64,000 nt of DNA from Vallitaleaceae bacterium (GCA_028277605.1 JANQFZ010000027.1:235-64234), one strand, 5' to 3'. Shown: positions 30,737 to 41,374, counted from the first letter of the stretch. Numbers and translations: made by a program. Notes: generated by a model not told the origin, from the sequence alone.

Positions 30737-30811
30737 ATATAGTAGTTTATCGTTATCATGAAAGATAGAGTTAATTTCATATACTATGATATAGATTAAA
30801 GGAGTGAGTGA

Positions 30812-31507
30812 TTGATATTGAATACTGAGATTATCCTGTCTATTTTTTCTCCTGTTATTGGTGCTGTTATTGGCATACTTCGTAAACCTAGCCCCTCTGT
30901 TTTATATCATATGCTTGCTTTTTCAGGGGGTATTATGCTTGGCGTTACATTTCTTGACTTAATACCTGATAGTATTTATTATAGCAGCTCATCCGTATGT
31001 ATCTATGGGCTTATTATTGGTTTTTTTATCATGTATCTGCTTAAGCTGATAATACCAGAGAGTAATTCAATAAAGTCAAAAGCGTACTATTTAGCTTCAG
31101 GTATGGCTGTACATCATTTTTCTGAAGGCATAGCAATAGCAATAACTGCTACCATTAATCCCAAGATTAGTTTTATTGTTGCTATGAGTATTGCTGTCCA
31201 TAATATAGCAAAAGGTCTCTGTACCTCAGGCTCTATCTATTTTAGTGTAAGAAATAAGTATAAGGCTTTTATTCTCACTTGCTTAACAGCGTTTCCACTA
31301 TATTTAGGATATATGCTTATTCAGTTTTTTATTATCCGCATATCAACGCCCTTCTTAGGACTGCTACTTAGCATTTCTGCTGGTATCATGCTCTATATCA
31401 CAACAGCAGAATTAATACCAGCCTCTTCTAACAAAAAATCAAACTATGCTACTATGTTTTCTTTAATTTCAGGTATTATTATGGTTATGGCATTGGAGTA
31501 TTGCTGA
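30812..31507 (+). CDS. ZIP family metal (zinc) transporter
   Basis: 231 aa, 7-8 TM, with HHFSEGIA and HNIAKG metal-binding motifs. TTG start after AGGAG. Confidence 0.75.
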   Translation: MILNTEIILSIFSPVIGAVIGILRKPSPSVLYHMLAFSGGIMLGVTFLDLIPDSIYYSSSSVCIYGLIIGFFIMYLLKLIIPESNSIKSKAYYLASGMAVHHFSEGIAIAITATINPKISFIVAMSIAVHNIAKGLCTSGSIYFSVRNKYKAFILTCLTAFPLYLGYMLIQFFIIRISTPFLGLLLSISAGIMLYITTAELIPASSNKKSNYATMFSLISGIIMVMALEYC

Positions 31508-31581
31508 TATGAGTTTTTCAACCAATGCTTATTTAGCTTTAAAGCTAGTCTAGCTTTAAACACATAAGTGGGACAAAAGAA

Positions 31582-31637
31582 AAGGGAGAATAGTACTAGC
31601 TGCACAGCAAAACTGAAGCGCTTAACTATTCACCCTT
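31582..31637. repeat. Palindromic intergenic repeat, intermediate copy (copy c, inverted relative to copy a)
   Basis: Arms AAGGGAGAATAGT/ACTATTCACCCTT (1 mismatch) around a 30-nt centre. The centre aligns with the reverse complement of the right half of copy a (..TAGC.CACAGC.AAAC..TGAAGCG..). Confidence 0.5.
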
Positions 31638-31753
31638 AATTATTACTATAATTAATACTATAAGTTAGACATTAGCTGTCTTTCATAACCTTTAATAATA
31701 TAAATATATAATGCTGTAACTACTCTTTTATTTAATTCAACTTCTGATTTATT

Positions 31754-34060
31754 CTATATACTCTCATCAAGCGTTTTTAGCAGTTCATAAAGCTTATTCA
31801 CAACATCCCCTCTTGTCATGGTAGCATTCATCTTATCTGTATCACCAAGATTATAATAGTCTGCTAAAGCAACGTAACCTATATTTTCTTTATCTACCGA
31901 TGCAATGGAATTATAGATTTTGGTATATTGTGCTAGATCTTTGTGACCCATTGCATGAATCATCCATTGAACAAGTTCAAGCTGAGTAACTTTTGACTCT
32001 GGTTTGAACATCGTTTTCTTGTTTTCAATCATACCCATTTCAATTGCTTCTTTTATATATTTAAAATACTCCCCATCCTCATTGACATCTGTGTATTTAA
32101 CATCCACTACATCTTGATTTTTAGAACTATAAGGTATATGCCTAGAATATCTCAAGGATAATACTATCCACTTAATGACATCTTTTTTAGCTATCGCCAA
32201 ATTTGGAGTAAAGCTGTTATTCAATTCCTCTAAATACCCCATTTTATTCATAATTGGTATCACACGCTCCAGCTTGTGACCTTTTATGTCATTAAAACTT
32301 CTTACATACTCCTTATGCTCCTCATACTCATGACCCGAAGCATCCAAAAGCTTACCACTACCAGCATCAATATATGAAAACTGATAAGGATTTAACGTAT
32401 AGGCTAAGACTGCCTCTTTTTTAGGTACAATTAAATCTTCATTTTCTTCTCTTTCTTTATCCTTCAGAACCACTAGATACTTATTTAAACCTACGGTATC
32501 ATAAAAAATACCATTCACTTGACTTCTAGTTAATACATTGGATGGTTCTGAAATATCCAATTTATGAAACCACGTAATGGATAAATCACTGATTCCTTTT
32601 AATACAGAATCATAATGAACTTCAATGGAATTGTCCTCAAATGGTATTCCATTTAAGATTCTATTGCTGGTAAGGAGAATGGTTACTCCTTTACTATTTT
32701 GATCTTCCACCTTAAGCTGATACTCTTCTTGTTTTATTTCTGGATACATTTTACTGATTAACACCGTCGTTTGATCAATTAAGTGTTCAACATTTATATC
32801 AGTTGAATGAAAAGTGTTATTCTCAGTTGACATTTTTTCGTCGTACTCTTCCTCTGTAATCATATCTTCTTTCATTAGGCTTAAATACTTACCTATATCT
32901 GAACGATAAAGCTTGTTATTATAACTTATATTAAATACTTCCCCTGTTTTTGCATTAATCGTTGCTTTAATAAATATATTCTGTTCTTGATCTTTAAAAG
33001 TAATATACCAAAACTGTCCTTCTATACCTTTATAATAAGAATTGTAATTGCTCTTGTCGATTTTGAGTTCTGAGATATCTGTCATAAATTTGAGTTTATC
33101 AAAAACTATTTCTTGAGCTTTTTCTCTTGAAAGGACACCTTTTTCAGGAATAATTTCCATAGCACCTTCATTACCACATGTATCTTTACATGCTTGTTCC
33201 ATTGGATAATCTGAACCATACAACTCATAAAAATAAATATCATCATAATCAATAAAGTCTTTTGTATGTGCATTTAAGTAAGGACTGCCTTCATTTGTAT
33301 ACTCATAAACAGGAATGACTTGTATGGACTCTTCCTTTTGTTCCTCATCTATCTTTCTTATATATTTGAGCTGTAAGGCATTTTGCTTATAAAAGTAATC
33401 CTTTGCTGTCTTTAGGCTTATGCTATCGGGTTTTTCATTATAAGTATAATCATTCCATTTAATATCAAATGCATTGACTTTCTTAGTGATACCTGAAACT
33501 GATAGGATAATGGAATTGGCATAGAGTAATTCATCGCTCTTATTCTCAACAAATAAAAATGAATAATCCGTTCTTTTTTCATACGACATATGCTCATAGA
33601 GTACATCATCATATGTGACTCTCTTACAGCGTTTGTATTTGTCTGGGAATTTTTCTTCTAGGTACTTAACAGCAATAGTTAACGCTTCAAATTCTGTTAA
33701 TTGTATCAAGCTATCTTCGCTTTTTTCCCAATATCTATACCTTTCAAGTTCCCCTGTTTCTGCATCGACCTCTACACTTATTGAACATCCCTCTTCTGTA
33801 TTAAAATACAGTTTCCATATCTTCTTTAGATAATCATCGTCTGTCCTAACATCAGCAGAATCTAATCGATAGTTAGACCCTATATTCAGCTCTTTTCTTA
33901 CCAAACTTTCTACTTTTTCCTTTGTTAATATAATGTTTTGAACTTCTACCTTGTCTTTTGTTGATATTTTTAAGTCTTCATAGTCTTGAGCCATTATGTT
34001 TGATGTCATCATTGTGATACCTAATAAGACCCCTACTGTCTTTTTTAGTACTGCTTTCAA
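31754..34060 (-). CDS. Large secreted protein with PepSY-like repeats and three C-terminal SLH-like repeats
   Basis: 768 aa with a signal peptide. Has PepSY-like blocks (VEVDAETGELERY, INAKTGEVFNISY) and C-terminal F/YxD..G..-type repeats resembling S-layer homology modules. Confidence 0.45.
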   Translation of the reverse strand: MKAVLKKTVGVLLGITMMTSNIMAQDYEDLKISTKDKVEVQNIILTKEKVESLVRKELNIGSNYRLDSADVRTDDDYLKKIWKLYFNTEEGCSISVEVDAETGELERYRYWEKSEDSLIQLTEFEALTIAVKYLEEKFPDKYKRCKRVTYDDVLYEHMSYEKRTDYSFLFVENKSDELLYANSIILSVSGITKKVNAFDIKWNDYTYNEKPDSISLKTAKDYFYKQNALQLKYIRKIDEEQKEESIQVIPVYEYTNEGSPYLNAHTKDFIDYDDIYFYELYGSDYPMEQACKDTCGNEGAMEIIPEKGVLSREKAQEIVFDKLKFMTDISELKIDKSNYNSYYKGIEGQFWYITFKDQEQNIFIKATINAKTGEVFNISYNNKLYRSDIGKYLSLMKEDMITEEEYDEKMSTENNTFHSTDINVEHLIDQTTVLISKMYPEIKQEEYQLKVEDQNSKGVTILLTSNRILNGIPFEDNSIEVHYDSVLKGISDLSITWFHKLDISEPSNVLTRSQVNGIFYDTVGLNKYLVVLKDKEREENEDLIVPKKEAVLAYTLNPYQFSYIDAGSGKLLDASGHEYEEHKEYVRSFNDIKGHKLERVIPIMNKMGYLEELNNSFTPNLAIAKKDVIKWIVLSLRYSRHIPYSSKNQDVVDVKYTDVNEDGEYFKYIKEAIEMGMIENKKTMFKPESKVTQLELVQWMIHAMGHKDLAQYTKIYNSIASVDKENIGYVALADYYNLGDTDKMNATMTRGDVVNKLYELLKTLDESI

Positions 34061-34198
34061 AACTTTACCTCCTTTTAGAACAAGTTTATGATGCGTAGGT
34101 TTTTTATAGCGATGTTGTATAAAAACAACACTAAATAATTAGACGTATAGACATTAGAAGTTGTTCCCTAATACGCCAACTTTTTCAAATTGCTTGTT

Positions 34199-34238
34199 AT
34201 AAAAAAACACCTATAATCCCTTCTTGGATTATAAGTGT
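34199..34238 (-). terminator. Rho-independent terminator after the ftsH paralogue
   Basis: 13-bp stem ACACTTATAATCC/GGATTATAGGTGT (minus strand) followed by a T7 run. Confidence 0.6.
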
Positions 34239-34269
34239 TTTACTTCTAGTCACGATCCTAGTTATAATT

Positions 34270-35991
34270 CTATGCGCACAGTTTATCAATCTCCATACCG
34301 TCTAATGTTTCTTTCTGTAATAATTGCTCTGCTATTCTTATTAATAAGTGGCTATTTTCATTCATAATTTTTACTGTTTCATCATAGAAAATTTTCATTT
34401 GCTCCCTGCATTTATTGATGATGGCATCGTTATGATAAATATCAATCGCCTCTAAATTGAACAATCCATAGTCATCATCCATACCATATTTTACTACATA
34501 GTCTTTAATCAACTTGGATGCTTTTTCTATATCATTACTAGCACCCGTTGTCATATCCTCTTTTCCAAAGGTCAGTACCTCGGCTACTCTACCAGCAAAA
34601 AGTATCTGTATATTTGATTTCAACTCTTTTTTTGTATAATACAGTTTATCTTTAGGAACACTCATACTAAAACCTCCTGCTCCTCTTACACTTGGAATAA
34701 TTGTAACCTTGGTAATAGTATTCTCTGGAAGCAATAGTTTCGTAATCAATGCATGACCCGCTTCATGATAGGCTGTGATTTTTTTATCTTTGTCTGATAT
34801 AACACTTCTATCCTGCTTTTGCGCTCCTGCTACGACTGTATAGAAGGCAATGTCGATATGCGTTTTATTTATGACCTTGCATGCATCATTTGCAGCAGTT
34901 ATAGCCGCTTCATTCATAAGATTTTCCAGCATAGCTCCACTGAAAAAAACTGTATCTGTTGCCAGCTTATCTAGGCTAACCTCTTCATCCAATGGCTTAT
35001 TTTTAGCATGTATACCCAATATGGCTTTTCTAGCATTATAATCAGGCAGTCCAATCTCTATCTGTCGATCAAAACGTCCAGGCCTTAACAAAGCATCGTC
35101 CAGCATATCCAAACGGTTAGTGGCAGCTATTACCACAATACCCTCATTATCATTAAATCCTGACATTTCTGTGAGTAATGCATTTAGTGTTTGATCTCTT
35201 TCATCATTGCTAGCGGAAGCTCGAGCCGCTCTTTTTTTTCCAATAGCATCTATTTCATCAATAAAAATAACGGCTTTTTCACTCTGTTTAGCTTTCTTAA
35301 AAAGTTTTCTAATTCGGCTTGCACCTACACCAACATACATTTGAATAAAATCTGAGCCTGAAACTGGGTAAAATGGGGCATTAGCTTCTCCTGCTATAGC
35401 CTTAGCCATTAGGGTTTTACCCGTCCCAGGAGGTCCGTAAAACAAGATTCCCTTTGGCATTCTTGCCCCTAGCTCAGCATATTTATCTGGCATTTTTATA
35501 AAATCAACAATGTCTTTTACCATAGCCTTGGCTTCAATATTACCTGCTACATTATCAAACTTAATTCTAGAACTTTTATCAATCTTACTTTTATTGGCAT
35601 CAACAACTTTTTGCTTGTTTTCATTCATTAATCTTATAGCATACCAAGCAATTCCTGCAAAGAACAATACGCTAATAATAACCTGTACAACGGTTGTCAA
35701 CATACTTCCTGATTCATACATTATTGAGATGTTATTTAATAAAAGAAATTCTGTAAAATCAGGCTTCATTGGATTGGGTACTTGATAAAGCTGTGTATGG
35801 TCTTTGATCTTGACACTAAGCTGTTTGTTGCTGTCCAAAAAAACAACCTCTTCAACACTACCATTTTCTACATGTTGAATAAAGGATACATAACTCATAT
35901 CCTCGTGGGTTTTTTTATTAAAATTAATGAATAAGCTGCTAATGATAACAAGTATGATAACAACAACTATAATAATGGTTCTTTTCTTCAA
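34270..35991 (-). CDS. FtsH-family ATP-dependent zinc metalloprotease (short paralogue)
   Basis: 573 aa with two N-terminal TM segments, Walker A GPPGTGKT, Walker B IFIDEIDA, second region of homology, and zinc motif HEAGHAL. Confidence 0.85.
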   Translation of the reverse strand: MKKRTIIIVVVIILVIISSLFINFNKKTHEDMSYVSFIQHVENGSVEEVVFLDSNKQLSVKIKDHTQLYQVPNPMKPDFTEFLLLNNISIMYESGSMLTTVVQVIISVLFFAGIAWYAIRLMNENKQKVVDANKSKIDKSSRIKFDNVAGNIEAKAMVKDIVDFIKMPDKYAELGARMPKGILFYGPPGTGKTLMAKAIAGEANAPFYPVSGSDFIQMYVGVGASRIRKLFKKAKQSEKAVIFIDEIDAIGKKRAARASASNDERDQTLNALLTEMSGFNDNEGIVVIAATNRLDMLDDALLRPGRFDRQIEIGLPDYNARKAILGIHAKNKPLDEEVSLDKLATDTVFFSGAMLENLMNEAAITAANDACKVINKTHIDIAFYTVVAGAQKQDRSVISDKDKKITAYHEAGHALITKLLLPENTITKVTIIPSVRGAGGFSMSVPKDKLYYTKKELKSNIQILFAGRVAEVLTFGKEDMTTGASNDIEKASKLIKDYVVKYGMDDDYGLFNLEAIDIYHNDAIINKCREQMKIFYDETVKIMNENSHLLIRIAEQLLQKETLDGMEIDKLCA

Positions 35992-36313
35992 GGTACTTAC
36001 CCCCTACTTTATCCTATAAAACCTAGTATAAGGGTATATAGCTATAACGTCTACAAGTAGTTTTTAGAAAAAGTGTCATATATAGTCATTACTCGTACTA
36101 CATACTCAACTGGGGTACTATTTTACATCATTTGGGATAAAATAACTGGACAATTATAATAATAAGGTTATTCCACAAAAGTAAGATGACTCATCTTTTT
36201 AGGAGAGTATTCACATAACCAGCTTATTAGAAGGGGATTACAATCTCTAATAACAGCAACGTATTATCTATTAGCAATTCAGCTTTCCAAATGTAGTCCT
36301 ATTGTATCACAGC

Positions 36314-36601
36314 TTATCCTTCATCACTAAAAATATGCTCTGCTAACTCAATCATATTTTTTATCTTGTCATTTCTTATTTGATAATACTGATACAATCC
36401 TTTTTTGTTAGAAGAAACAATTCTTGCTTCTTTTAGTATTTTTAGGTGTTGTGAGATGTTAGCCTGGCTAAATTCAATATCTTCATTTAGATGACAAACG
36501 CACTGTTCTCCCTGCCATAATCTTTTTATTATTTTTAGTCGAGTTGGGTGAGCTAATGCTTTAAATAAGTTCACTTGAAAGTCCTCTTTCATCAGTAGCA
36601 A
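36314..36601 (-). CDS. ArsR/SmtB family metalloregulator
   Basis: 95 aa with ALAHPTRLKIIKRL, a CVCHL metal site and a wHTH. Confidence 0.8.
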   Translation of the reverse strand: MLLMKEDFQVNLFKALAHPTRLKIIKRLWQGEQCVCHLNEDIEFSQANISQHLKILKEARIVSSNKKGLYQYYQIRNDKIKNMIELAEHIFSDEG

Positions 36602-36806
36602 CTCCTTCGAAAGTTTTATAAAGTACTAGTATCAAACTACGGATACCTTATTATACCATGACGACAGGTGAGTTGTAATCTATCATAGCTTATTTTTCTG
36701 TTGATGTAACCTCTCATCCTTATGAAAAATATTACTAAGAGTTGCTCAAGATTAGAATATCAGTTACACTATTTCTATAAAATAAACATTAAAATTGGAG
36801 GCTATA

Positions 36807-37706
36807 ATGAAAATAGATAGATTACTAGCAATCGTGATGATATTATTAAATAAACGCAGAGTAACAGCCAAAGAATTAGCCGAGTACTTTGAAGTATCTA
36901 TTAGAACCATTCAAAGAGATCTTGAAGCTATCACACTTGCAGGTATACCCATTATTTCCTATCAAGGGCATAACGGCGGTTATTCTATTATAGATACTTA
37001 TAAAATAGATGCTAACTTTTTTACCAGTAATGAGTTTAATCTACTTATCGCTTCACTTAAAGGATTGGATAAGCTATTGGGTAAAAAAGTTAATCCTATA
37101 CTAGATAAAATAGGAACCCTCCATAAAGACACTCAATCCAATGCTATCCTTATGGACTTTAGTTCTTGGGGAATGAATTCAAAAACACCTCAAAAAATAC
37201 ATACCCTTCATGAATCTATAGAGACTAATAAAATCGTACGGTTTGTTTACAGAGATATGAATGGACAATGCTCTGATAGAACCATTGAACCACTTAAGCT
37301 AGTGTTGAAGCTCAATGCATGGTATGTCTATGGTTATTGTGTTTTAAGACAAGATTATCGTTTGTTTAAGGTTACAAGGATGGAGCAACTGACGATTACT
37401 AGGGAAACTTTTATAAAGAGACCAATACCCCATGATTTTCTAGATGAAATGAACAGTAAGGAAACAGATATTAGGCTTAAATTGAAATTTAATAAAAAAG
37501 TAAGCAGCCATGTTTATGATATGTTTGATATGAACTATATAACACAGCTTAAGGATAGTCTTATCGTTGATGTGGCGTTTAGAGAAGATGAATGGGTTTA
37601 TGGTATGATTTTAAGCTATGGTGATAACGTTGAGGTACTTGAACCTGAGCATATCAAAGAAATTATTGTTAACAGGGCTAGAAAGCTGATTAAGCTTTAT
37701 GAATAA
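36807..37706 (+). CDS. YafY-like HTH + WYL domain transcriptional regulator
   Basis: N-terminal HTH (RVTAKELAEYFEVSIRTIQRDL) and a WYL core (NAWYVYGYC). The ATG at 36807 follows GGAGG. Confidence 0.75.
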   Translation: MKIDRLLAIVMILLNKRRVTAKELAEYFEVSIRTIQRDLEAITLAGIPIISYQGHNGGYSIIDTYKIDANFFTSNEFNLLIASLKGLDKLLGKKVNPILDKIGTLHKDTQSNAILMDFSSWGMNSKTPQKIHTLHESIETNKIVRFVYRDMNGQCSDRTIEPLKLVLKLNAWYVYGYCVLRQDYRLFKVTRMEQLTITRETFIKRPIPHDFLDEMNSKETDIRLKLKFNKKVSSHVYDMFDMNYITQLKDSLIVDVAFREDEWVYGMILSYGDNVEVLEPEHIKEIIVNRARKLIKLYE

Positions 37707-37810
37707 TAATTATGAACGAGTTATGAATGTTTTTTACCGCAATATGACATACTAGTGTCATATTCCACCTTGTATAATTAATCTATCATAATTATTTAGG
37801 AGGTCATTAT

Positions 37811-38071
37811 ATGACACATTACTGTCAAAGCTGTGGTATGCCAATGGAAAATGAACACTATGGAACCAATGCTGATAACTCACCCAATGAGGACTATTGC
37901 AACTATTGCTACCAAAATGGAGAATTTGTTAATCCTGATGAAACGGTTGAAGAAATGATAAAAAGCTGTGTTCCTCATATGGTTCAACAAGGTATGAAAG
38001 AGAATGAAGCAAAGGATTTACTAGAAAAAATGCTTCCAACTCTAAAACGCTGGAAAACAGCAAACAGATAA
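37811..38071 (+). CDS. Small zinc-ribbon domain protein
   Basis: 86 aa with CQSCGMP..YCNYCY (a CxxC..CxxC ribbon). AGGAGG RBS. Confidence 0.55.
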   Translation: MTHYCQSCGMPMENEHYGTNADNSPNEDYCNYCYQNGEFVNPDETVEEMIKSCVPHMVQQGMKENEAKDLLEKMLPTLKRWKTANR

Positions 38072-38135
38072 GATTATAGTTAGAATGATTAATTGTCAAA
38101 TAGTATAATCATTTATAAGCTTTTGGGATTGAATT

Positions 38136-38171
38136 AAAAGGCATGAAAACTCTAAAGTTCTCATGCCTTTT
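38136..38171. terminator. Bidirectional terminator between convergent genes
   Basis: AAAAGGCATGA..TCATGCCTTTT palindrome between the zinc-ribbon gene (+) and rsgA (-). Confidence 0.5.
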
Positions 38172-38174
38172 AAA

Positions 38175-39233
38175 TTAATACTTATACTTTCGTATAGATT
38201 TAGCTATTTTTTTCCGTTGTTTTTTCTGTTCACGCTGTACTCTTTTATTTACTTTACTCTCCATATATACAGCTTCTCGCTTAAGCTTAAGATAGCTTTG
38301 ATAGCGTTTCTCAGACAATATACCATCCTGAATAGCTTGCCGGACTGCACAACCTGGCTCAGATTCATGCTGACAATTCTTGAACCGACATTGACTGGCT
38401 AAGCTTTCAATGTCATGAAAAGAATGATCTACACTTTCCTCTACATCTAAAAGCTGTATTTCTCTCATTCCAGGGGTGTCTATAACACACCCCCCATTAG
38501 GAAGTGCTATTAGCTCTCTATGGGTGGTTGTATGCCTGCCTTTATCATCATTCCTTAAGCCATTGACTTTAAATTTGTCTTCATCCAACATATAATTGAT
38601 AAGAGATGATTTCCCTACCCCTGAAGAACCAATAAAAGCAATCGTTTTGGTCTCTGATGTATAGGTTTTAAGCTGCTGCAACCCTTCCATCTTAACCATA
38701 CTGGTTATTAACACATCTACCTCATAAGCATAATCTGCAATAGCATCAAGCTTCTCTGATATATCATCACATAGATCTGCTTTTGTGAGTACAATCACAG
38801 GTTTAGCACCGCTATCCCAGCATAAAACCAAATATCTTTCTAAGCGTCTTACATTAAAATCATTATTTAATGCCATGCAGATAAAAATAATATCAATATT
38901 AGCAGCTATGATTTGTTCATCACTTCTATTACCTGCTACTTTTCTTTTAATCATGCTTTTACGAGCTAGAATGTCGTGGATAACTGCCTTTCCGTGAAAA
39001 TCATCATCACGGTCGAGTACAACCCAGTCACCAACAGCTGGATAATCCTCTCTTCTACTAGCCGTATAGCCTAATGACCCTTTAACGCGTGCATATAATT
39101 CCTTCTTATTTGACATAACCTTGTATATGCCTTGACTTTCTGATAATACTCTTCCTAGAAAGAAGGCTTGTCCATAATCCTTTATGGCCTTAAGTCTTTC
39201 ATCATTTAGTCCAAATGGTACTAGTCTTTCCAA
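38175..39233 (-). CDS. rsgA: Ribosome small-subunit-dependent GTPase A
   Basis: Circularly permuted GTPase (TKADL, GSSGVGKSSLIN, DTPG) plus a zinc knuckle CRFKNCQHESEPGC. TTG start with a GAGGAG RBS. Confidence 0.85.
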   Translation of the reverse strand: MERLVPFGLNDERLKAIKDYGQAFFLGRVLSESQGIYKVMSNKKELYARVKGSLGYTASRREDYPAVGDWVVLDRDDDFHGKAVIHDILARKSMIKRKVAGNRSDEQIIAANIDIIFICMALNNDFNVRRLERYLVLCWDSGAKPVIVLTKADLCDDISEKLDAIADYAYEVDVLITSMVKMEGLQQLKTYTSETKTIAFIGSSGVGKSSLINYMLDEDKFKVNGLRNDDKGRHTTTHRELIALPNGGCVIDTPGMREIQLLDVEESVDHSFHDIESLASQCRFKNCQHESEPGCAVRQAIQDGILSEKRYQSYLKLKREAVYMESKVNKRVQREQKKQRKKIAKSIRKYKY

Positions 39234-39449
39234 ATAGTTTCTCCTCTCAAAAATAATGCTACCGATTATTAGAGAGAAGCTATTCTTTTCTCTAATAATC
39301 TATAAGTAAACCACCAAGCTTGATTTATTTTTCATAGTACAACGCCTCCCTTTCATTAATTCATGATTTTATATTACATACCTATTGTACGTTTAAATAT
39401 CCTGTACTGTCAATGTTTATAAGCAAATAATAATAGACTATAAGATTTG

Positions 39450-41204
39450 CTAGTTAGTTAGATACCTCATTTTTAACTCTTTTCCTTTAAATCCTATAGG
39501 AACTTTAATTACATGATCTACGTGATGTGTCTTTCTTATTCCTTCTACATATTTTTCATCCTTTATTTGCTTACTTGCTTGTTCTACTAAGTAATCTAGA
39601 GTTTTTTTGCTTTTCCTGCTTGCCCATTTAAATTCAAATACATAGGCAGATTTTTTGGGTTCTTTTGGTATTAATACTATATCTGGTCTACCTAAACCAT
39701 ATTCTCTATTTGATTTTATTTCGTAATGCTCAACAGCAAACATCATGAGTCCTAGAATAAAACCGTGATGAAAATTCTCTTGCTTTTCTTTTTCTTCGGA
39801 TAAGTCAACTTGCTCACCTTTATTTAATTTTACATCATTGTAACTGACATACTTCAAATATAATTCTTCTAACAATATGGCAAATGTCTCTTCATCATGA
39901 TCCTTTAGTGCTATCACGAGATGGTTAACTTTTGTTGAAATTCTAAAGTCATCTTTGAAATAATTCTTTAGCATTGCTTTATAAATGAGCGATACCTCTG
40001 TATTAGGTATTTCAAGGCTGTATCTATCGACATCATCTATTCTTCTTTTGATAGTTGTTTTTAAGTATCCTGCATGAAGCAAGAAACTCCATGCTGAATC
40101 TGGGTTTGTTTTTATTGTTTCATAAATGACGTTTTCTGCTATTTCTTTTCCTACAGGTCTTTTCTCAAGTAAATCTTGTACTACTTTTTTCCCCTCTACT
40201 TTATCTAGTTGCATAACTTCCTTTATGATTAAATTCGCACTTGTATTGATCCAGTATGGTCTTACTCCCATTTCTGGCTGGACGACATAGTTTAAGATGC
40301 TCCATGGGTTATAAATTGTAGTTTCAAGACCAAATACATAGCCATTATACCATGCTTTAACTTCTTCTTTTTTATCTTCAAGACCTCTTGATTCTAATAA
40401 TTCTTGAACCTCTTCTTCTGTAAATCCAAATTTATCTGACATGTCGTTGGTTACTACCGTATAGATTCTAGGGTTATTGAAATCGCTAAAAATACTTTCT
40501 TTTGCTACTTTCATGATCCCAGTAAGTACTCCTTGCTTTAGAGAGTTATTTCCTTTCAGCCCTTTGCCTAGCATACTTTTCATAAAGTTGATGATCTCTT
40601 TATAGTACCCATTTATATATCCCGCTTGAATTGGTGTGTCGTATTCATCTATAATTACCATTACTTTTTCTTTATAGTATCTTTCTAGATAACTGGATAA
40701 GCTAAAAATTACATCTGTATAATCACTATCAGTTGTTTCTATATTGATTATTTTTTGATATAATTCTCTTTCTTGATAATCTAATATATCAGTTTCTAAT
40801 AGGTACTTGTGTCTCTTATACTCATTGGATATTATTTTTACTAAGTTTGCATGTGTTTCTTCCCAGCTTATGTTTTTAGCGCCTTTTAATGTTAAGAATA
40901 TAACAGGATATTTACCTTGTTGTTTCCAATACTTTTCATACTTTGATATATGAAGTCCGTGAAAAAGATAAGATACATCCACATTCTCTCTTTCAAATTG
41001 ACGACATTCTGGTATCTCATAAAAGTACTTCAACATACTCATATTAAGCGTTTTTCCAAATCTTCTTGGACGTGTTATTAATAATACCTCTGCACTTGAC
41101 TCTATAATATCTTTAACCAATAGTGTTTTATCTACATAATAGTTACCATTATCTAAAAGTTTCTTAAAATTATCTACTCCTATTGCTATCTTTTTATCCC
41201 CCAC
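39450..41204 (-). CDS. AAA-ATPase-like / PD-(D/E)XK nuclease-like fusion protein
   Basis: 584 aa with an N-terminal P-loop-like RPRRFGKT and a C-terminal GRPDIVLIP..YVFEFK nuclease-like motif. The architecture resembles the AAA-ATPase_like + PDDEXK_9 family. Confidence 0.6.
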   Translation of the reverse strand: MGDKKIAIGVDNFKKLLDNGNYYVDKTLLVKDIIESSAEVLLITRPRRFGKTLNMSMLKYFYEIPECRQFERENVDVSYLFHGLHISKYEKYWKQQGKYPVIFLTLKGAKNISWEETHANLVKIISNEYKRHKYLLETDILDYQERELYQKIINIETTDSDYTDVIFSLSSYLERYYKEKVMVIIDEYDTPIQAGYINGYYKEIINFMKSMLGKGLKGNNSLKQGVLTGIMKVAKESIFSDFNNPRIYTVVTNDMSDKFGFTEEEVQELLESRGLEDKKEEVKAWYNGYVFGLETTIYNPWSILNYVVQPEMGVRPYWINTSANLIIKEVMQLDKVEGKKVVQDLLEKRPVGKEIAENVIYETIKTNPDSAWSFLLHAGYLKTTIKRRIDDVDRYSLEIPNTEVSLIYKAMLKNYFKDDFRISTKVNHLVIALKDHDEETFAILLEELYLKYVSYNDVKLNKGEQVDLSEEKEKQENFHHGFILGLMMFAVEHYEIKSNREYGLGRPDIVLIPKEPKKSAYVFEFKWASRKSKKTLDYLVEQASKQIKDEKYVEGIRKTHHVDHVIKVPIGFKGKELKMRYLTN

Positions 41205-41312
41205 TATAGTCTCTCCTCCTATTAATTGCTTTTAAAACTTATTAAAATTTATTATATCATTTTATTGGATTAGATTTAAGGGGTGCTCTAGCAATCATGC
41301 TTTTATTTATAG

Positions 41313-41343
41313 CAAAAAAGCTGATTAGTTAATACTATCAGCT
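41313..41343 (-). terminator. Rho-independent terminator after the deacetylase gene
   Basis: AGCTGATAG..CTAATCAGCT stem followed by a T6 run on the minus strand. Confidence 0.5.
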
Positions 41344-41374
41344 CTTTTAATTAATTTTTTAAATTATAAATACT

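Noticed and set aside
30740-30811. Zur box upstream of the ZIP transporter (TATCGTTATCATGAAAGATA)
   Set aside because: There is only weak dyad symmetry and a poor match to the Firmicute Zur consensus as I remember it, so it is not supportable from sequence alone.
38163-38402. 79-aa plus-strand ORF
   Set aside because: It overlaps the 3' end of rsgA on the opposite strand and starts inside the bidirectional terminator, giving a Phe/Leu-rich nonsense composition.
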